A stretch of DNA of 64,000 nucleotides from Podarcis erhardii. Its lineage: Eukaryota. The translations under genes and the position numbers were made by a program. Under the pieces are notes generated by a model. The model was not told the DNA's origin and did not search any database. It worked only from the letters and a program-made list of their open reading frames with translations. The number at the start of each line of letters is the position of its first letter. Position 1 is the first letter of the stretch. Positions 13,650 to 26,462 of this stretch are shown here, in pieces. Location of the stretch: NCBI GenBank assembly GCA_964252035.1, contig OZ176207.1; one strand, given 5' to 3'.

Positions 13650-15805
13650 GCAGCATACAAATAAAATGGATGAACGAATGAATGATTTCCCAACAGGTAG
13701 GTCACTATTGCTTGTCAGTAAGGAGGGCAGGAGATAGCAGGCAGGCAGGTTGGTGCAGTGCATATGCACCAGCAGAGTCCATTAGGTGTTCCTACCAGTG
13801 AGTTTTCACTGCACCAGTCTCCCTGCCATTTTGAACAGTAACTGATGGCATGGTGAGGTGCTAACACAAACCTGACCTTCAATCGGTCATGTTGCCATTG
13901 CTCACCAGGAGGAGAAGGGGGAGGCACAAAGTGGTGGCAAAGTCTGCATGGTGCCAATGCACCAGTGGGAGTACTGGATTTGTTCCGCTAGTGTGTTTGC
14001 ACAAACCAACCTCCCTGCCTCCGCCTCCTGGTAAGCATCAGCAGTTTGAATGATGTGAGCCGCAGTTTCACCAAACTACACCGTCTGCTACCACAGGTGA
14101 ACGAATGGTGAGGGTTGACTTATTTCCATTTAGTGAAGTCAGATATCTCTCAGTCAATAGCAATAGGCATTTCCAAGTCTTTCTTTACCTCTGGTTTTGT
14201 TCTTTTGCCTCAATCTGATTCTGGGAGTAGAATGGCAAAACAGCTATTTTCTCGCAATTTCTGCGCTTTAGCTGGATACCTCATGGGTTTCTCCAGAAGA
14301 ATTTGCCAGACTGGGTCCAAATGATGAAGTGAGATATATCCGCTTTGGTGAATATCCCCCAGAAGCAGAAACAGGTTGCCTGATACCTGTTAGGCAATCC
14401 AAGGACAAGGTGTGCAATTTTTCTGGTTCGTGCCTTCTACAAGTGATAAACAACTTAGATTTGGTGATTCTGAGGGAGGTAAATATGGTGAATTTACATT
14501 GTAATTATTCAAAGCCGGCATTGACTTTGAAAATAAATAAATAGATAATATCCGCATCTTACCCCTCCCATTTGTTCATAAGTTATTACTGATTTCAAAT
14601 GTTACTGGGTTCTCTCTCCATCTCTCTAGGATATGGATCCCTTATAGGCTATTTTCAAAGAAGAGTTTTCCCCATGTGTTCACAGTGGTGATGAATGACT
14701 GGAAGGCAACAACAGAGCTTTGAAACAGAAACGGCCTCAGTTTCTACTACAGCTCATTTAGGGCTCCTGAGAATTCAGAAAAGCTTTAAAAAATAAAAAA
14801 GGCTCCTTTTTGTTATATGATATCAATTAGGCGTTTAATAGTTACAATGGGAGGCGACTTTCCAATGGAATTTTTAACACAGTGGAAACAAATTACCTCC
14901 AAGATGCTTATCATTCATAATCCTGGCGGTAATGAAAACAAAGTCATGGCAGAGCACGCATCTTGTCCAGAGCTCTGGCCACCAACTAGAAACGGACCGC
15001 AAGGCAGCTCTGGTTTGAGTCTGGCTTGCCTCTGACAGCAATAGGAAACCCCATGGGAAAGCAGAGCGCCTGCAAAGGAATGCTGGCTGAGGACAACGCA
15101 TCAGGCAGATGTTGTTTTGAAGTGGGTATCTCAGCGCTTTGATTCATCTCAGAAGGGACTTATACAAAGGGCTGGTTCATGCACTCTCTTGGCTGTGGAT
15201 CTTGCTTCACATGGTGGAGGAGCAGACAGGCACATGCTCGCTCGCTCTCTGTCTCTCTTTCCACCATGCAATAAGGTAGCATGTAATGTATGCACTCCAT
15301 GCATAGAGAAGCGCTGACATGTATGCACATTCAGCAGGGGTGTAGCATGGGTTGCTGGAGCCCGGGGCAGTGCAGGTGTTGCACCCCGGTGGACTGGGCA
15401 GTGCTCAGTCCCTTCAAGAGCCAGCATCTAATCAAGAGAGCCTCACCTTTCAAACTAGAACCAACCTGGGAGCAGAGATAAGGCAGAGAAACACAAAGCC
15501 ATGGGCACCATCTTGTGGTCTCCTTCACATGGCTACAACAGGGCTTTCCCATGTTTCTCTTCCTCTCTTCTTCTCAGCTAGCCCGGGGATGGGGCGTGCA
15601 CCGCCATCCCTTTGCTGGCCAGAGGAGGAGGCACCGCTGCCACTGCAGTCATAAAGGCCTGGCCCAGACATGACTTGCTTCCCTGAGGCTCCAGCCTCAA
15701 GGAGGTAGCCTGTTGTGGGGGCACCTGGTTGCACCACTTCATAAATTTGCTCCTGGGGCCACAGCCCTCTGGCCTCTCCATGCTACACCACTGACATTTA
15801 GAAAG

Positions 15806-15960
15806 TAAGAAGAGCCTGCTGGATCAGACCAGTGGCCCATCTGGCCATGGTCTCACATGCTGCCTATGGGAAGCCCCCAAGCAGAACCAGAATGCAATAG
15901 CACTCTTCTCTCCTATGGTTTTCAGCAACTGGAAGCATACTGCCTTTCCCATGGGCATCT
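15806..15960 (-). mobile_element. CR1-type 3' tail remnant
   Basis: AGAGCCTGCTGGATCAGACCAGTGGCCCATCT is the reverse complement of a CR1-type 3' end. Confidence 0.55.
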
Positions 15961-16796
15961 AGTTGACCACTGTGGTAACAGATTTTCAGGCCAAGTGGGT
16001 CTTTCCACCATCCATCCAAGACCAGTGGTTTTGGGGAAGGAGTTGTGGATTTAGGCTGGGATTGAAAAGTGAGGAAATAAATATGGGCACCATCCAACAA
16101 TGAGCTTCTGCGATCACAACATAAAAGTCAACTCCTAGGGGCTGAGATCCCTTCAGCCCTCCTATTAAATATTTGAGGAGGCTGACCCCCCATTGATTAC
16201 CATTGGCCAGCATATATTTACAATTGGTGGAAGCAACTGAGGCTCTTTCATACCCATAATGCAACAAAGGAGGCTGCATTCAGAAGCATGAGAAGATCTG
16301 GCCCTGAAGAGCAGTGTAACAGCAGCCCTTGGGAAGCAGAACTGGGCCACCAAAGAACAGCTGCCAAAGAATAAATAACACTGACTTCTACCATGACTGA
16401 GTCCAAACTGTGGTGGAAGGGCACTAGTTTTGGCTTTGCATGCATGTTGAAACCAGTGGTGATTATTAGTCCTGGTAGGGCAGCATGTAGGGAGCCAAAC
16501 AGTAGGTGGCACCAGAGCCAATTCTAGTCCCCATCTCTCTCCCTGCTGAGCTGTACAAGGGCAACACTGACACCCAGGAAGAGGAAGCTGACAGTGGACT
16601 GCTACCCAATGGACAGGATGCAAGTAAAAAGACAGGTAGGTGAGACCAGGCTTAGGTTGGGGGGGGGAGTGCCTCATTCCCTCTAAGGGACCATCCTCAT
16701 CTGGTGGAAACCCTCATGCTTAATCTTATGAGATGCTGATTCGATAGGGGGGAAAATAAGGCTGCAAATTGGAAATGAAAGGAGGCAACTGTACTT

Positions 16797-17153
16797 GCAT
16801 GGCGAGGCCCCACAGTTCCCCCCCAGAAATAAACACACAGACATGAATATGTTGGGTTTATGGGATAAAATAGGCCACAACTTTATTGATTATAGATGTG
16901 AGCGGTTGGGCTTAGGCATTTGGGTGAAGCCAGACTATATCCTGCCTATCTGCAGGAAGTCTGTAAAGGGTCAACCGACAGGGGGAGCCCTGTGATATAG
17001 CCCTATGATATAGGGTCATGGCATGGCCCTAGCCCACGCCCAGGCTTCGGACAGGAACCACACCCCTGGATTCCCTTAACGGGATACCCTTAACGAGGAG
17101 GGGCAGGCGGAGGCAACAACCTCCCCTCCCATAAACAAGGCTTACCAACTGCC
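16797..17153 (-). mobile_element. DIRS/Ngaro-like retrotransposon 3'-terminal fragment
   Basis: Minus strand CCCAAATGCCTAAGCCCAACC...AATAAAGTTGTGGCCTATTTTATCCCAT matches the 3' part of the SGNH-bearing element (50715-50785); CCCGTTAAGGG motif also shared. Confidence 0.7.
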
Positions 17154-17305
17154 TAAGGCTGCAACTTGGAAATGAAAGGGGCAACTGTACTTAAGTCAAA
17201 GGGACTGTACTTAAAGGGATTGTGGCAGCTGAAGGCAATTTATTATTTAGTGGATTGAAGGCACAATTGAAATTTTTTTGATAACATAGGATCAGATTAT
17301 TAGTC

Positions 17306-17466
17306 TAACAACAACAACAACATTTATACCCCGCCCATCTGGCTCAGTTTCCCCAGCCACTCTGGGCAGCTTCCAGCACATATGAAAACTTAATAAAACA
17401 TCAGACATTTAAAAAAAAAAAACTTCCTGATACAGGGCTGCCTATAGACATCTTCTAAAAGTTGTG
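17306..17466 (-). mobile_element. L2 LINE 3' end
   Basis: TTTATACCCCGCCCATCTGGCT...CAGGGCTGCC, same family as the 20351 copy; (AAC)n tail. Confidence 0.85.
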
Positions 17467-17779
17467 AATAATAATTTTGTTATTTATATTATTTATTATG
17501 CAAATAAAGTCAGACCAAATGCTGCCCAATAACAGTTTAAATCCCTGTCTTTTAAAGCTGACTAATCTGTTTTGGAAGGATTGTTTTAAAACACCCACGA
17601 CGCTCTATGGTGGTGTGCATATGTATGGGTTATTGTGATCCCCAGACTTCTCCCCCCAAGTGGTCCTCACAAGGCTTCCTGATCCCTGTTAATGAGAAAG
17701 GAGAAGGCCCAGGGAACAAAGGAAGGACATAAGCCTCTCCCCAGCCACCCCACTTTTTGCTCATTTGATCTGGTGGGGC

Positions 17780-18540
17780 AACTAAATGAAGGAGCAGGCC
17801 TGTGAATGGTTGAGGAATTAAGCACAGTAGGGTTTGACTGTTGCTAGCTTCCTCGAAGCGCCCCTGTTAATGTTGCCTTTGGGCCGAAAGACCACAAATA
17901 AAGGTCAGAATTCTCCATTAACTTGGTTTTGATGTCCTCATTTCCCTCCACTCCACCCCAGCGCTCTCCTTCTTAATAGCTTCTTTTATTTTCCAAGCAC
18001 TACATGGTCAGCTCATCGATTAGTGGGCCCATACAAAGCGGCCTAATGACGGGTCATCCTTAATGAGAAAAGTGGCTGCTCTTGAAGTGGCGCAACTTGG
18101 GCCAGCTTCCCCACTGAGTGCCGGCATGTCATGCTTAGCCTCGCCTTTTGAGTGCAAGAGCCCATGGAAAATCGACAGCGAACAACAGCCGGGCGCCCCT
18201 GAACAGAATGTACCATGTGCGTGGCTATTTAGCGCTGTGAAAGAGAGAGCGCTTCCACAATTGGGAGCGAACATAAGGAGTCCTTCAGAGGAGAAAAGGG
18301 GCCTTGGCAAATTTATAGACTCCCCTGAAAGCAAGCGATTACAGATCATTATCCAATTGAGGCAGATTGATGGGACGGGGTCAAAGTAATATCGCAGAGC
18401 TCGCTGAAGGGACAATGCCTGCCTGTCAGTGGTGTCCGGGAACAGAGAGAGAAAGGAAGTCGCCACACACAGAGAGGAGAGGCTGAAACTTGTCCCGGAA
18501 GGCTGATTATACATCACTGAGCCTTGTGATACTATCAAAT
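17780..18540. promoter_or_regulatory. Candidate conserved non-coding element / enhancer
   Basis: TE-free, CpG-retaining unique sequence with clustered TAAT/ATTA motifs and PBX/HOX-like AGATTGATGG at 18364-18373; conservation not tested. Confidence 0.4.
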
Positions 18541-18620
18541 AAAAATTGCACGATTGGTATCATTGGGTTAAAATCATGGTCGGTAGCAAAAATTCTAGAT
18601 AGGTAGCAAGTGTGTGTGTG

Positions 18621-18622
<2 letters not shown>

Positions 18623-18676
<54 letters not shown>
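18623..18676. repeat. (GA)n microsatellite
   Basis: Direct reading. Confidence 0.95.
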
Positions 18677-18678
<2 letters not shown>

Positions 18679-18872
18679 CAGGTCCGTCTAATTTACACAT
18701 CCTAAACAAAATGTGAACCAAAACACACTGGTCCTTCAAAATTCACATGCCTTCAAGTTTTGTGCTGGAGTTCTCCAGCCAAAAAAACTAACTGCACAAA
18801 AATGTGTACATTAGGAGCAAAAAACATACTATTTATATATAATAAAAATGCATTTTATTAGTGGGAATTGTT

Positions 18873-18907
<35 letters not shown>

Positions 18908-20206
18908 ATGAGAATGAGAATGGTCTGAGAAACAGCACCTCTGTGTTTCATAAGATTAAGGAGATTACTTGTAAAGTGGAAGTGAGCACTAATTAAAATC
19001 TTGAGCAACCAGCCAGTCAGTCAAAGGGGCTGTAAGTTAAGCTATTCTCTGCTGGAAAGAAACATCAACAAGCTTACTGCCCACTTCACCATTTATCAGC
19101 CACATATCATAGACAATTGCTGATACGATGTGGCGAATGGCCACAGCTAAGGAAGGGAAGATCTCTCAATTTCAGTTTTTTGCAGTTTCTCATTTTTTCA
19201 TTTTATAAAATTCTAACATAGTAAGTTTTATAAACAAGAGCAGTAACACATTACAGGTAAGTTAAAATAGAATTATTGCAAGGCCTTGAGCACAGTGTAA
19301 AGTCATCACCAGGACTCATTTTTCCAATCTTAAGTTCAGTTTTCCATATCACTTTGCATTTTGTAAAAAAATAGCCCTCCTTAAAAATCAGCAGCATTTT
19401 AATGTGATTTTTTCCTAATATACGCATTTTTGCAAAGCGGTTTTTCTTAATATAGTTCATTTTGCCTTTAAATACAAGCTGATATGCCTTTAAATATCTC
19501 CATTTTGCACTTGAGAGAGAACATTATGTGACAGTAACCTTTATCTTTATTGTGCTAAAGAAACATAGTCTCATCAGTCATCATATTGTGACAGCTATAA
19601 AGGCTTTATTAGTTTGTTAGATAAACTTAATTTTTTCAAAAAAAAAGAGAGAAGAAACCTCTCAAATGAATTGCAACCAGCTTTCAGAATAACAAATACA
19701 TTGTTTACAGTGAAATTAACTCCATCTGACATCCACAGCCACCATATGTAAAACACCCATTATTTGTCCTATCCCTTTGAAAATCATTTTATTGGAATGT
19801 ATCAGTTAAACTAAAACACATGACCTCCCTTCTTGTGCCATGAAAGAAACCACTGAAGAGAAATTATTTTTCTTAAAAAAAAAAAAATCTTCATTCATAC
19901 AGGACCTCTGGGAAAGGATTTTTATCGGTGACTCTGTAATGGCAAGTGTATCACATGCATCCTGCTCCATTAGCTGCCTGGCTTTGGAAGAGTTTGGTCA
20001 ACATTCAGGAATTTACTTGATGAAAGGCTAGCCTATGAAAGTGCCACCGGCTTTGAGAGCTGCAAGAGTTGCGCTTCCTGACTTCCTACATCAGCGTCAC
20101 AAATGACGCAGTGCCATGCGCTCATGTGATGGAACACACATTGCAAACTTGGATTGTTTGCAGGAAAAGATACTATCCATAGCGAAACTTAGGTGAAACC
20201 TAGGCT

Positions 20207-20228
20207 ATCATCTATCTATCTATATCTA

Positions 20229-20272
<44 letters not shown>

Positions 20273-20308
20273 ACTATCTAACTATCCAACTATCTATATC
20301 TATCTATC

Positions 20309-20348
<40 letters not shown>
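20207..20348. repeat. Compound microsatellite (ATCT)n(GTCT)n(ATCT)n(ATT)n at an L2 tail
   Basis: Direct reading. Confidence 0.9.
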
Positions 20349-20350
<2 letters not shown>

Positions 20351-20351
<1 letters not shown>

Positions 20352-20773
20352 ACCCCGCTCATCTGGCTGGGTTTCTCCAGCCACTCTGGGCGGCTTCCAA
20401 CAAAATATTAAAATACAATAACCTATTAAACATTAAAAGCTTCCCTAAACAGGGCTGCCTTCACTTCAGATGTCTTCTAAAAGTCTGGTAGTTGTTGTTC
20501 TCTTTGACATCTGCTGGGAGGGTGTTCCACAGGGTGGGTGCCACTACCGAGAAGGCCCTCTGCCTGGTTCCCTGTAACCTCACTTCTCGCAGTGAGGGAA
20601 CCGCCAGAAGGCCCTCGGCGCTGGACCTCAGTGTCTGGGCAGAACGATGGGGGTGGAGATGCTCTTTCAGGTATATTGGACCAAGGCCGTTTAGGGCTTT
20701 AAAGGTCAGCACCAACACTTTGAATTGTGCTTGGAAACATACCAGTGTAGGTCTTTCAAGACCAGTGTTATAT
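20351..20773 (-). mobile_element. L2 LINE 3' fragment
   Basis: Minus-strand translation VLTFKALNGLGPIYLKEHL...RAFSVVAPTLWNTLP...FRRHLK = L2 ORF2 C-terminus. Confidence 0.9.
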
Positions 20774-22404
20774 CTATCTATCTTAATACAATTACAATCT
20801 TATACATGTTTACCTTAGAGTAAGCCTGAGAGACCACAATGAGATTTACTTCTGAGTAAATGTGCACTAGGTTGTGCTTTGAAACTCTGAAGAGAAGGAG
20901 AGCACATCAGCACTAGGGAAGATAAGCTGAGCATCTAGAGAATCAGGGCAACTGAGCAGCAGCGACCCAAGTCAACAGCTTTATAGGACCAATTGGGATC
21001 CTACTGGCCACTTCTATCACCTGACTGCTGTTGACCTGGCATGTACAATAGCATCTTTTCCTTATTAACAATGATGGTGTGGCATTGAACAACAACAGGG
21101 AACATCCACCACATTGACCCATCAACAGTGTTAAAGTAAGATCCAACCGCCTGCCTGGTCATAGAACGGGAGAGAGAGAGCACAATCATATCCTTTGCTT
21201 CAGGCAGCGAAATGTCTTGGGTTGGCTCTGGTCCATGAAAACCACTTCTTGTAAGCTCTCATTTCAGTCTTGGATGTGACTCCCTAATTCCAATTGCAAA
21301 ACAGAGTTGGACTGGCCCTTCTGCCTTCTGCCTTAAGGCCGAGTAATCTTGTACTTATCGCTCCTTGGTACCATTCAAGGGCAAGGTGGCTCACTTTGTG
21401 ATCCAGTTCACCAGTCAAGTATGGCACCACGCCAAGGTATTGATCCAACTTTCTGGTTTTGCTGCTTGTTGGGTTGACTGGGATGTTTATGGAGACACGA
21501 AGTCAGGGAAGCTCCCGTTAAACAGCAGTGCCACCACCAAGCCAGAGCTCCTCTAACCTAACATACATACACCCAAAAGACTGTCATATGAAAACAAAGA
21601 GTGGTTTAGGGCAGAGAAGCAGAGGACAAGAGCAGAATGAATCAGAAAATTTAATTTTCCTACTTCCAATCCACCAAACTCTAAATCCAAATGCACAAGT
21701 ATATGTCTGGGTCATCTTCAGATCTGAATACTGCTAAGAGCCACAACACAGAAGTCAATCTGTGGAAAAGGAAAAGCATACTAAAGATATCTACCATATT
21801 ATACGCAAAGAATGTTTCCACCCAAGTGAAGTAGAAGCCTCTGTAACATGTGCTTAAGACATCTCATGAATAGCTTATGACATTATATTAATAATATTAA
21901 ATTTAACACTAGAATAAAACAGCAGACAGGGAAGAATTCCAGCTAAGTAATTCTCCAGGCTCCAAGAGCTGAGGTTTATTTCTTTTTTAATTGTGTTTTT
22001 GTTTTCCAAACTGATTACCTACTTAATTCCTAAAAATAATTACACTTACTGTCTTTGATCTGTAGTAAATGGCTAAATAATACCTCCCTGCAGGCAGAGA
22101 AGGTGCCAGCTTCTTCCAGAGGAATTGTGGTTAGACCCGGGTTCCTTTCTTAGCATTCACACCAATTACACTGCTGTCTGTAGTGTTTGTGATCTTTGTA
22201 TGTGTGAGAGGGTGATACAAATTTTGCAAGAGGAAAAATAATATCCAATCACTATAGCTTTCTGGAGCTCTCCATAGTACAATAACTTTTTCTAGTGTGG
22301 TTTTGAGCCCATCCATTCAGGACACTTATCCAGTTGTGCTTAACCAACTGATTGATCAACTTAAGACATACCTATGAAGTTTGTTTACCCATATAAAATG
22401 TATA

Positions 22405-22630
22405 CAGTGGTACCTCAGGTTACAGACGCTTCAGGTTACAGACTCCGCTAACCCAGAAATAGTACCTCGGGTTAAGAACTTTGCTTCAGGATGAGAACAG
22501 AAATAGTGCTCCAGCAGAGCGGCGGCAGCGGGAGGCCCCATTAGATAAAGTGGTGCTTCAGGTTAAGAACAGTTTCAGGTTAAGAACGGACCTCCGGAAT
22601 GAATTAAATACTTAACCTGAGGTACCACTG
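22405..22630. mobile_element. Tigger/pogo-like MITE
   Basis: TIRs CAGTGGTACCTC / GAGGTACCACTG; TA TSD on both sides. Confidence 0.9.
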
Positions 22631-22737
22631 TACAGTTTAAAGTGTTGGTTGTATTGGGGTAAGATTGCTCAGAATTCTCTGTTAGATTTTTCTACCTCTG
22701 GTCACTGAGCTACAGATCCCAGAGATCCCTGAGAAGA

Positions 22738-22779
<42 letters not shown>
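22738..22779. repeat. (AAT)n microsatellite
   Basis: Direct reading. Confidence 0.95.
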
Positions 22780-22782
<3 letters not shown>

Positions 22783-25402
22783 CTGGAACAATTATGAAAC
22801 CAGTTGGGATTTGTGGAACAGGTGTACCCTCAGTGATTGGAGAAGGAAGACTCACTACTGCCAGAAGTAGCTGGGATGTCAACAACATAACCCAAGTTAT
22901 TTTGCTGTGAGCAAAACCTCAGGTTAAAAACCACAGAATTACCCTCACAGGGCCTGGCTGTACAAGAGCACAACCATGGGCTTAGATCTCACTAGGGCAG
23001 GAGTGAGGAGGCTGCTGCCTTCCCCATATTGGGGAACCACAATTTCCATAATCCATGACCACCAGCTAGGGCTGAAAGGAGGTGAAGTCCAACATGTAGA
23101 GGACCACAGGTTCTCCTACTCCTGCAGCAAGGCAAACTAGTGCTGAGCCGTCTTGGTTTGAGGCTGAGTGTCCCAACCACTGGTGGCACCATTCACCAGC
23201 CTGTTTAGTGAAACACACCATCCTCCAAGTAACGTCTATTATATTCCCTATTCAGAGGTGGCCTCAGGGCAGCACAGCCAGTTTCCCCCCACAGGTGCAG
23301 GGGCCAAGACAGGGGCCTTCCTGCCTCCTTCCCAAAGCTCCTGAAGCACTGGGCTTTGGGAAGGAGGTGTGAGGGCTCTGACAGGATCCTAGAGGACCAA
23401 AGCCTGGCACCTCCATTACCCAGCTTTAGGAAGGCACCATGAGGCCTGTGCAGGCCTGTCAAAGTTTGGCCTTGCACAGGGTGCCATATTAGCAAGGTCC
23501 GCCCTGCCTTATTACTACTCCATGGGGTGTCATCCCCTCCAAATTGGGGAAGCAGGGACACAGACGAAAAAGGAGAAGGAGGGGAAGGTGTGCTGGTTAA
23601 TGAATCATAAAACATGATGTTTTATTGATGTGAAAAGAAGAAGATGCACTTTTTTTCTTAGTAAGGCCTCCAGAAATCCAGAATCAATGGTTTGGAACTT
23701 TTGTTTGAATTGAGCCTTGAGAAGGCGCCGTTGTGATTTGCATGCTAGTAAACACCTTACAATTTTTTCCCCTGTTAACAGAATGGATTTAACTGCTAAT
23801 TAAAACTAGTCTGTAAGCACTATGGAAAATTAATTAAACCATTTAGCAGAGAGATGCAAATGAGGCTCAGCTGCTGCTTGGACATTAGTGCAGGAAGAGT
23901 CACACTCCTGTTCATTAGCAAGTCCTGTCATTTTCCAATAGTGCATGGTATGGATCAGTAACTGGCAGCCCCTGGGCCAAATCCGGGCCTGTGCTGCCTG
24001 CTTCCCCACCCCCCACCCCAACCAACACGTCTCAGTTCCAACCCAAAGTGAAATAAAGATGTGGAGGACTTTTGAAGTTTAAACAGTGGTTGTGATATGA
24101 GATTGCTTCAAAGCATCCTTATTCCCTACTCAAGGAGGTCCTATAATGATGATGATGATGATGCTGAAGGATGTACCAGTAGATGGGAAGCCTAAGGAAG
24201 GCTCTGTGTGGTAAAAAAAAGTAAGGGGAAGTAGAAAATTTGCACATCTCCCACATGGTAGGTTGGTAGCAGGAAAGATACTCAAGTTCACCCTTTGAAC
24301 ATAGCACCAAAGCATAAAAAGTAGGAAACTTCAGCTGGTTCACAAAGGAGATGCCAGCTTATTGGTGGGTGAGAGTTCATGGAATTGCTTTGCTCATTTC
24401 CAGGTGCTGCTTTTGACAAGTGTTGGCCAACCCTAGCAATGCTTGAGGAATTATTTGTGAATTCTCATACAAAAGTATAAATACGCATCTGCTTCTGAGG
24501 GTCCCCCAACTCTTTGGAGCAGATCTTGAAGGTGTGTGAGGGGGTCGTAGGCAAGAGGAGAAGAGAAGGGTGGTCTGTGGAAGTCTGCTGCATGAGTGGA
24601 ACAGCAGTGTTGGAAACGATCCACACTTAAAAAAAAAAAATGAGAAGCAGGTTAAGGCACCTGGCCTTAATTTCTCCACCATGTAAGCAGCAAACATGTT
24701 GGATGGTCTCACATATTGTAGTCACTTCCAACGTAACCTCATTGCACCCACATTTTCCTGTGGTTTTTTAGCCCCCTTCTTCCCATGAATGGTGGCCTTT
24801 AAATTGCATCTCTCCCTTTTCAGGTTCTCCACAAGGATTCTACCATGCACATAAACCAACACAGATTGACATGGTGTTACTTTTCACCATGTGATAACAA
24901 TCTATTATGATAAAAAAAATTGCAGTGTTGCAATGGGAATATTTATAAACTGCAGGAGTTCCCCCCAATTTTCAGTCTTCACTAAGACAGAGACATGAGA
25001 ACAATTTGAAGCCTCACCCACATGCTGTGTGTTTCGTTAAACCACTTCATTGCCAAAATATGTTTTAAGAAACCTCAGGTTAACGATAGGCCCAGGCTTG
25101 TCTATTTCCCATAAAATAGCACTTTGCTAGATAGGATCATGCATGGAGTGGCATAATGTATGGAATTATACTACTCATTGCATTACAGCAGGAGTACAGT
25201 CAGGGAAGGGCAGAATGTGTACTTATTTCTCTAGCCAGTCTTTCCCTTTTCCAAATTATACTCTAGGCAGCTTTTCTCCTCACAGGATACTCCATAGAAG
25301 TTTGTGCACCTCTCTCTCTTTCAAGCCAAGAGAAGCAACCTCTCCCCACAATGAGGCATAGACCAACTCCCTGGACTCACCCAATCAACATTTTTCAACT
25401 AG

Positions 25403-25805
25403 CTTTAATTTTTAAAAAATAATTTTTATTTGATTTTACAAACGAAATTATGACAAACCAAATGCATATCCACATACAGAGATTCCTCTGAATCTCACGA
25501 CTTCCCCCCACCCCCTCCGTGGGTCTTATTCTCAACATTTATAACTGCATATTATTCCATAATCTATATTATCCATGGTATTTGTTACATTACAAGTGAG
25601 AGTAAAATCCTGCTAATGTTCCCATCTGCTTGCAGTGGTCTCCTAAATAACTTATAAATTTTCCCATTATTTTTTAAAAGTTTTTGTCTTCTTGGTTCCC
25701 GAGTTTTCCAGTCAGCTTTGCCATTTCAGCACAGTCCATCAGCTTAACCTTTCATTCCTCTCTGGTAGAGACTTTATCTTCTTTCCATTTCTTTTTCAAG
25801 TAGCT
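25403..25805 (-). mobile_element. L1-clade LINE 3' fragment (degenerate)
   Basis: Minus translation KKWKEDKVSTREE*KVKLMDCAEMAKLTGKL resembles the squamate L1 ORF2 C-terminus; A-rich tail near 25403-25435. Confidence 0.7.
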
Positions 25806-26122
25806 TTAAGATTCAAACTGGCTAAGGGTTGAGAAAGCAAGCAGCAGTCCACACTCATTCAAGCACTTCATCTACATCCTCAGCCCTCAATAACTAAGAC
25901 TCACTCCAAACAACATGGCCAGATGGAGCTCTGGGTGCCTCAGCTGAAACTGAGCCAACTGTGACATCAAACTCAGAGTGAAAACAAGTGACTTTATCCT
26001 CCAAAGGCAAATTTTTCACAGTGGGCCTCAGAGGGTGTTGATACTCCTGGCTGTGACCCTTGACCACTCTGAAGAGCTCTTCTGGACAGCTACAAAAGTA
26101 GCAAAGACATAAGCTTACTTAT

Positions 26123-26462
26123 GTATACCTGAAGGAGCGTCTCCACCTCCATCATTCATCCCGGACACTGAGGTCCAGCACTGAGGGCCTTCTGGCTGTT
26201 CCCTCACTGCGAGAAGTGAGGTTACAGGGAACCAGGCAGAGGGCCTTCTCAGTAGTGGTGCCTGCCCTGTGGAACGCCCTCCCAGCAGATGTCAAGGCAA
26301 TAAACAACTATTTTACTTTTAAAAGACAACTGAAGGTGGCCCTGTTTAGGGAAGTTTTTAATGTCTGATGCTGTGTTGTTTTTAATATTCAGTTGGAAGC
26401 CACCCAGAGTGGCTGGGGAAACCCAGCCAGATGGGTGGGGTATAAATAATAAATTATTATTA
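26123..26462 (+). mobile_element. L2 LINE 3' fragment
   Basis: Reverse complement of the 20351 family (GAAGGAGCGTCTCCACC...CAGGCAGAGGGCCTTCTC...GAGTGGCTGGGGAAACCCAGCCAGATGGG). Confidence 0.9.

Noticed and set aside
18020-18538. 172-aa minus and 108-aa plus ORFs
   Set aside because: They overlap a motif-rich block better explained as non-coding regulatory DNA; no known domain.
21357-21500. Possible exon NPTSSKTRKLDQYLGVVPYLTGELDHKVSHLALEWYQGAI
   Set aside because: Weak acceptor and donor, and no recognised homolog.
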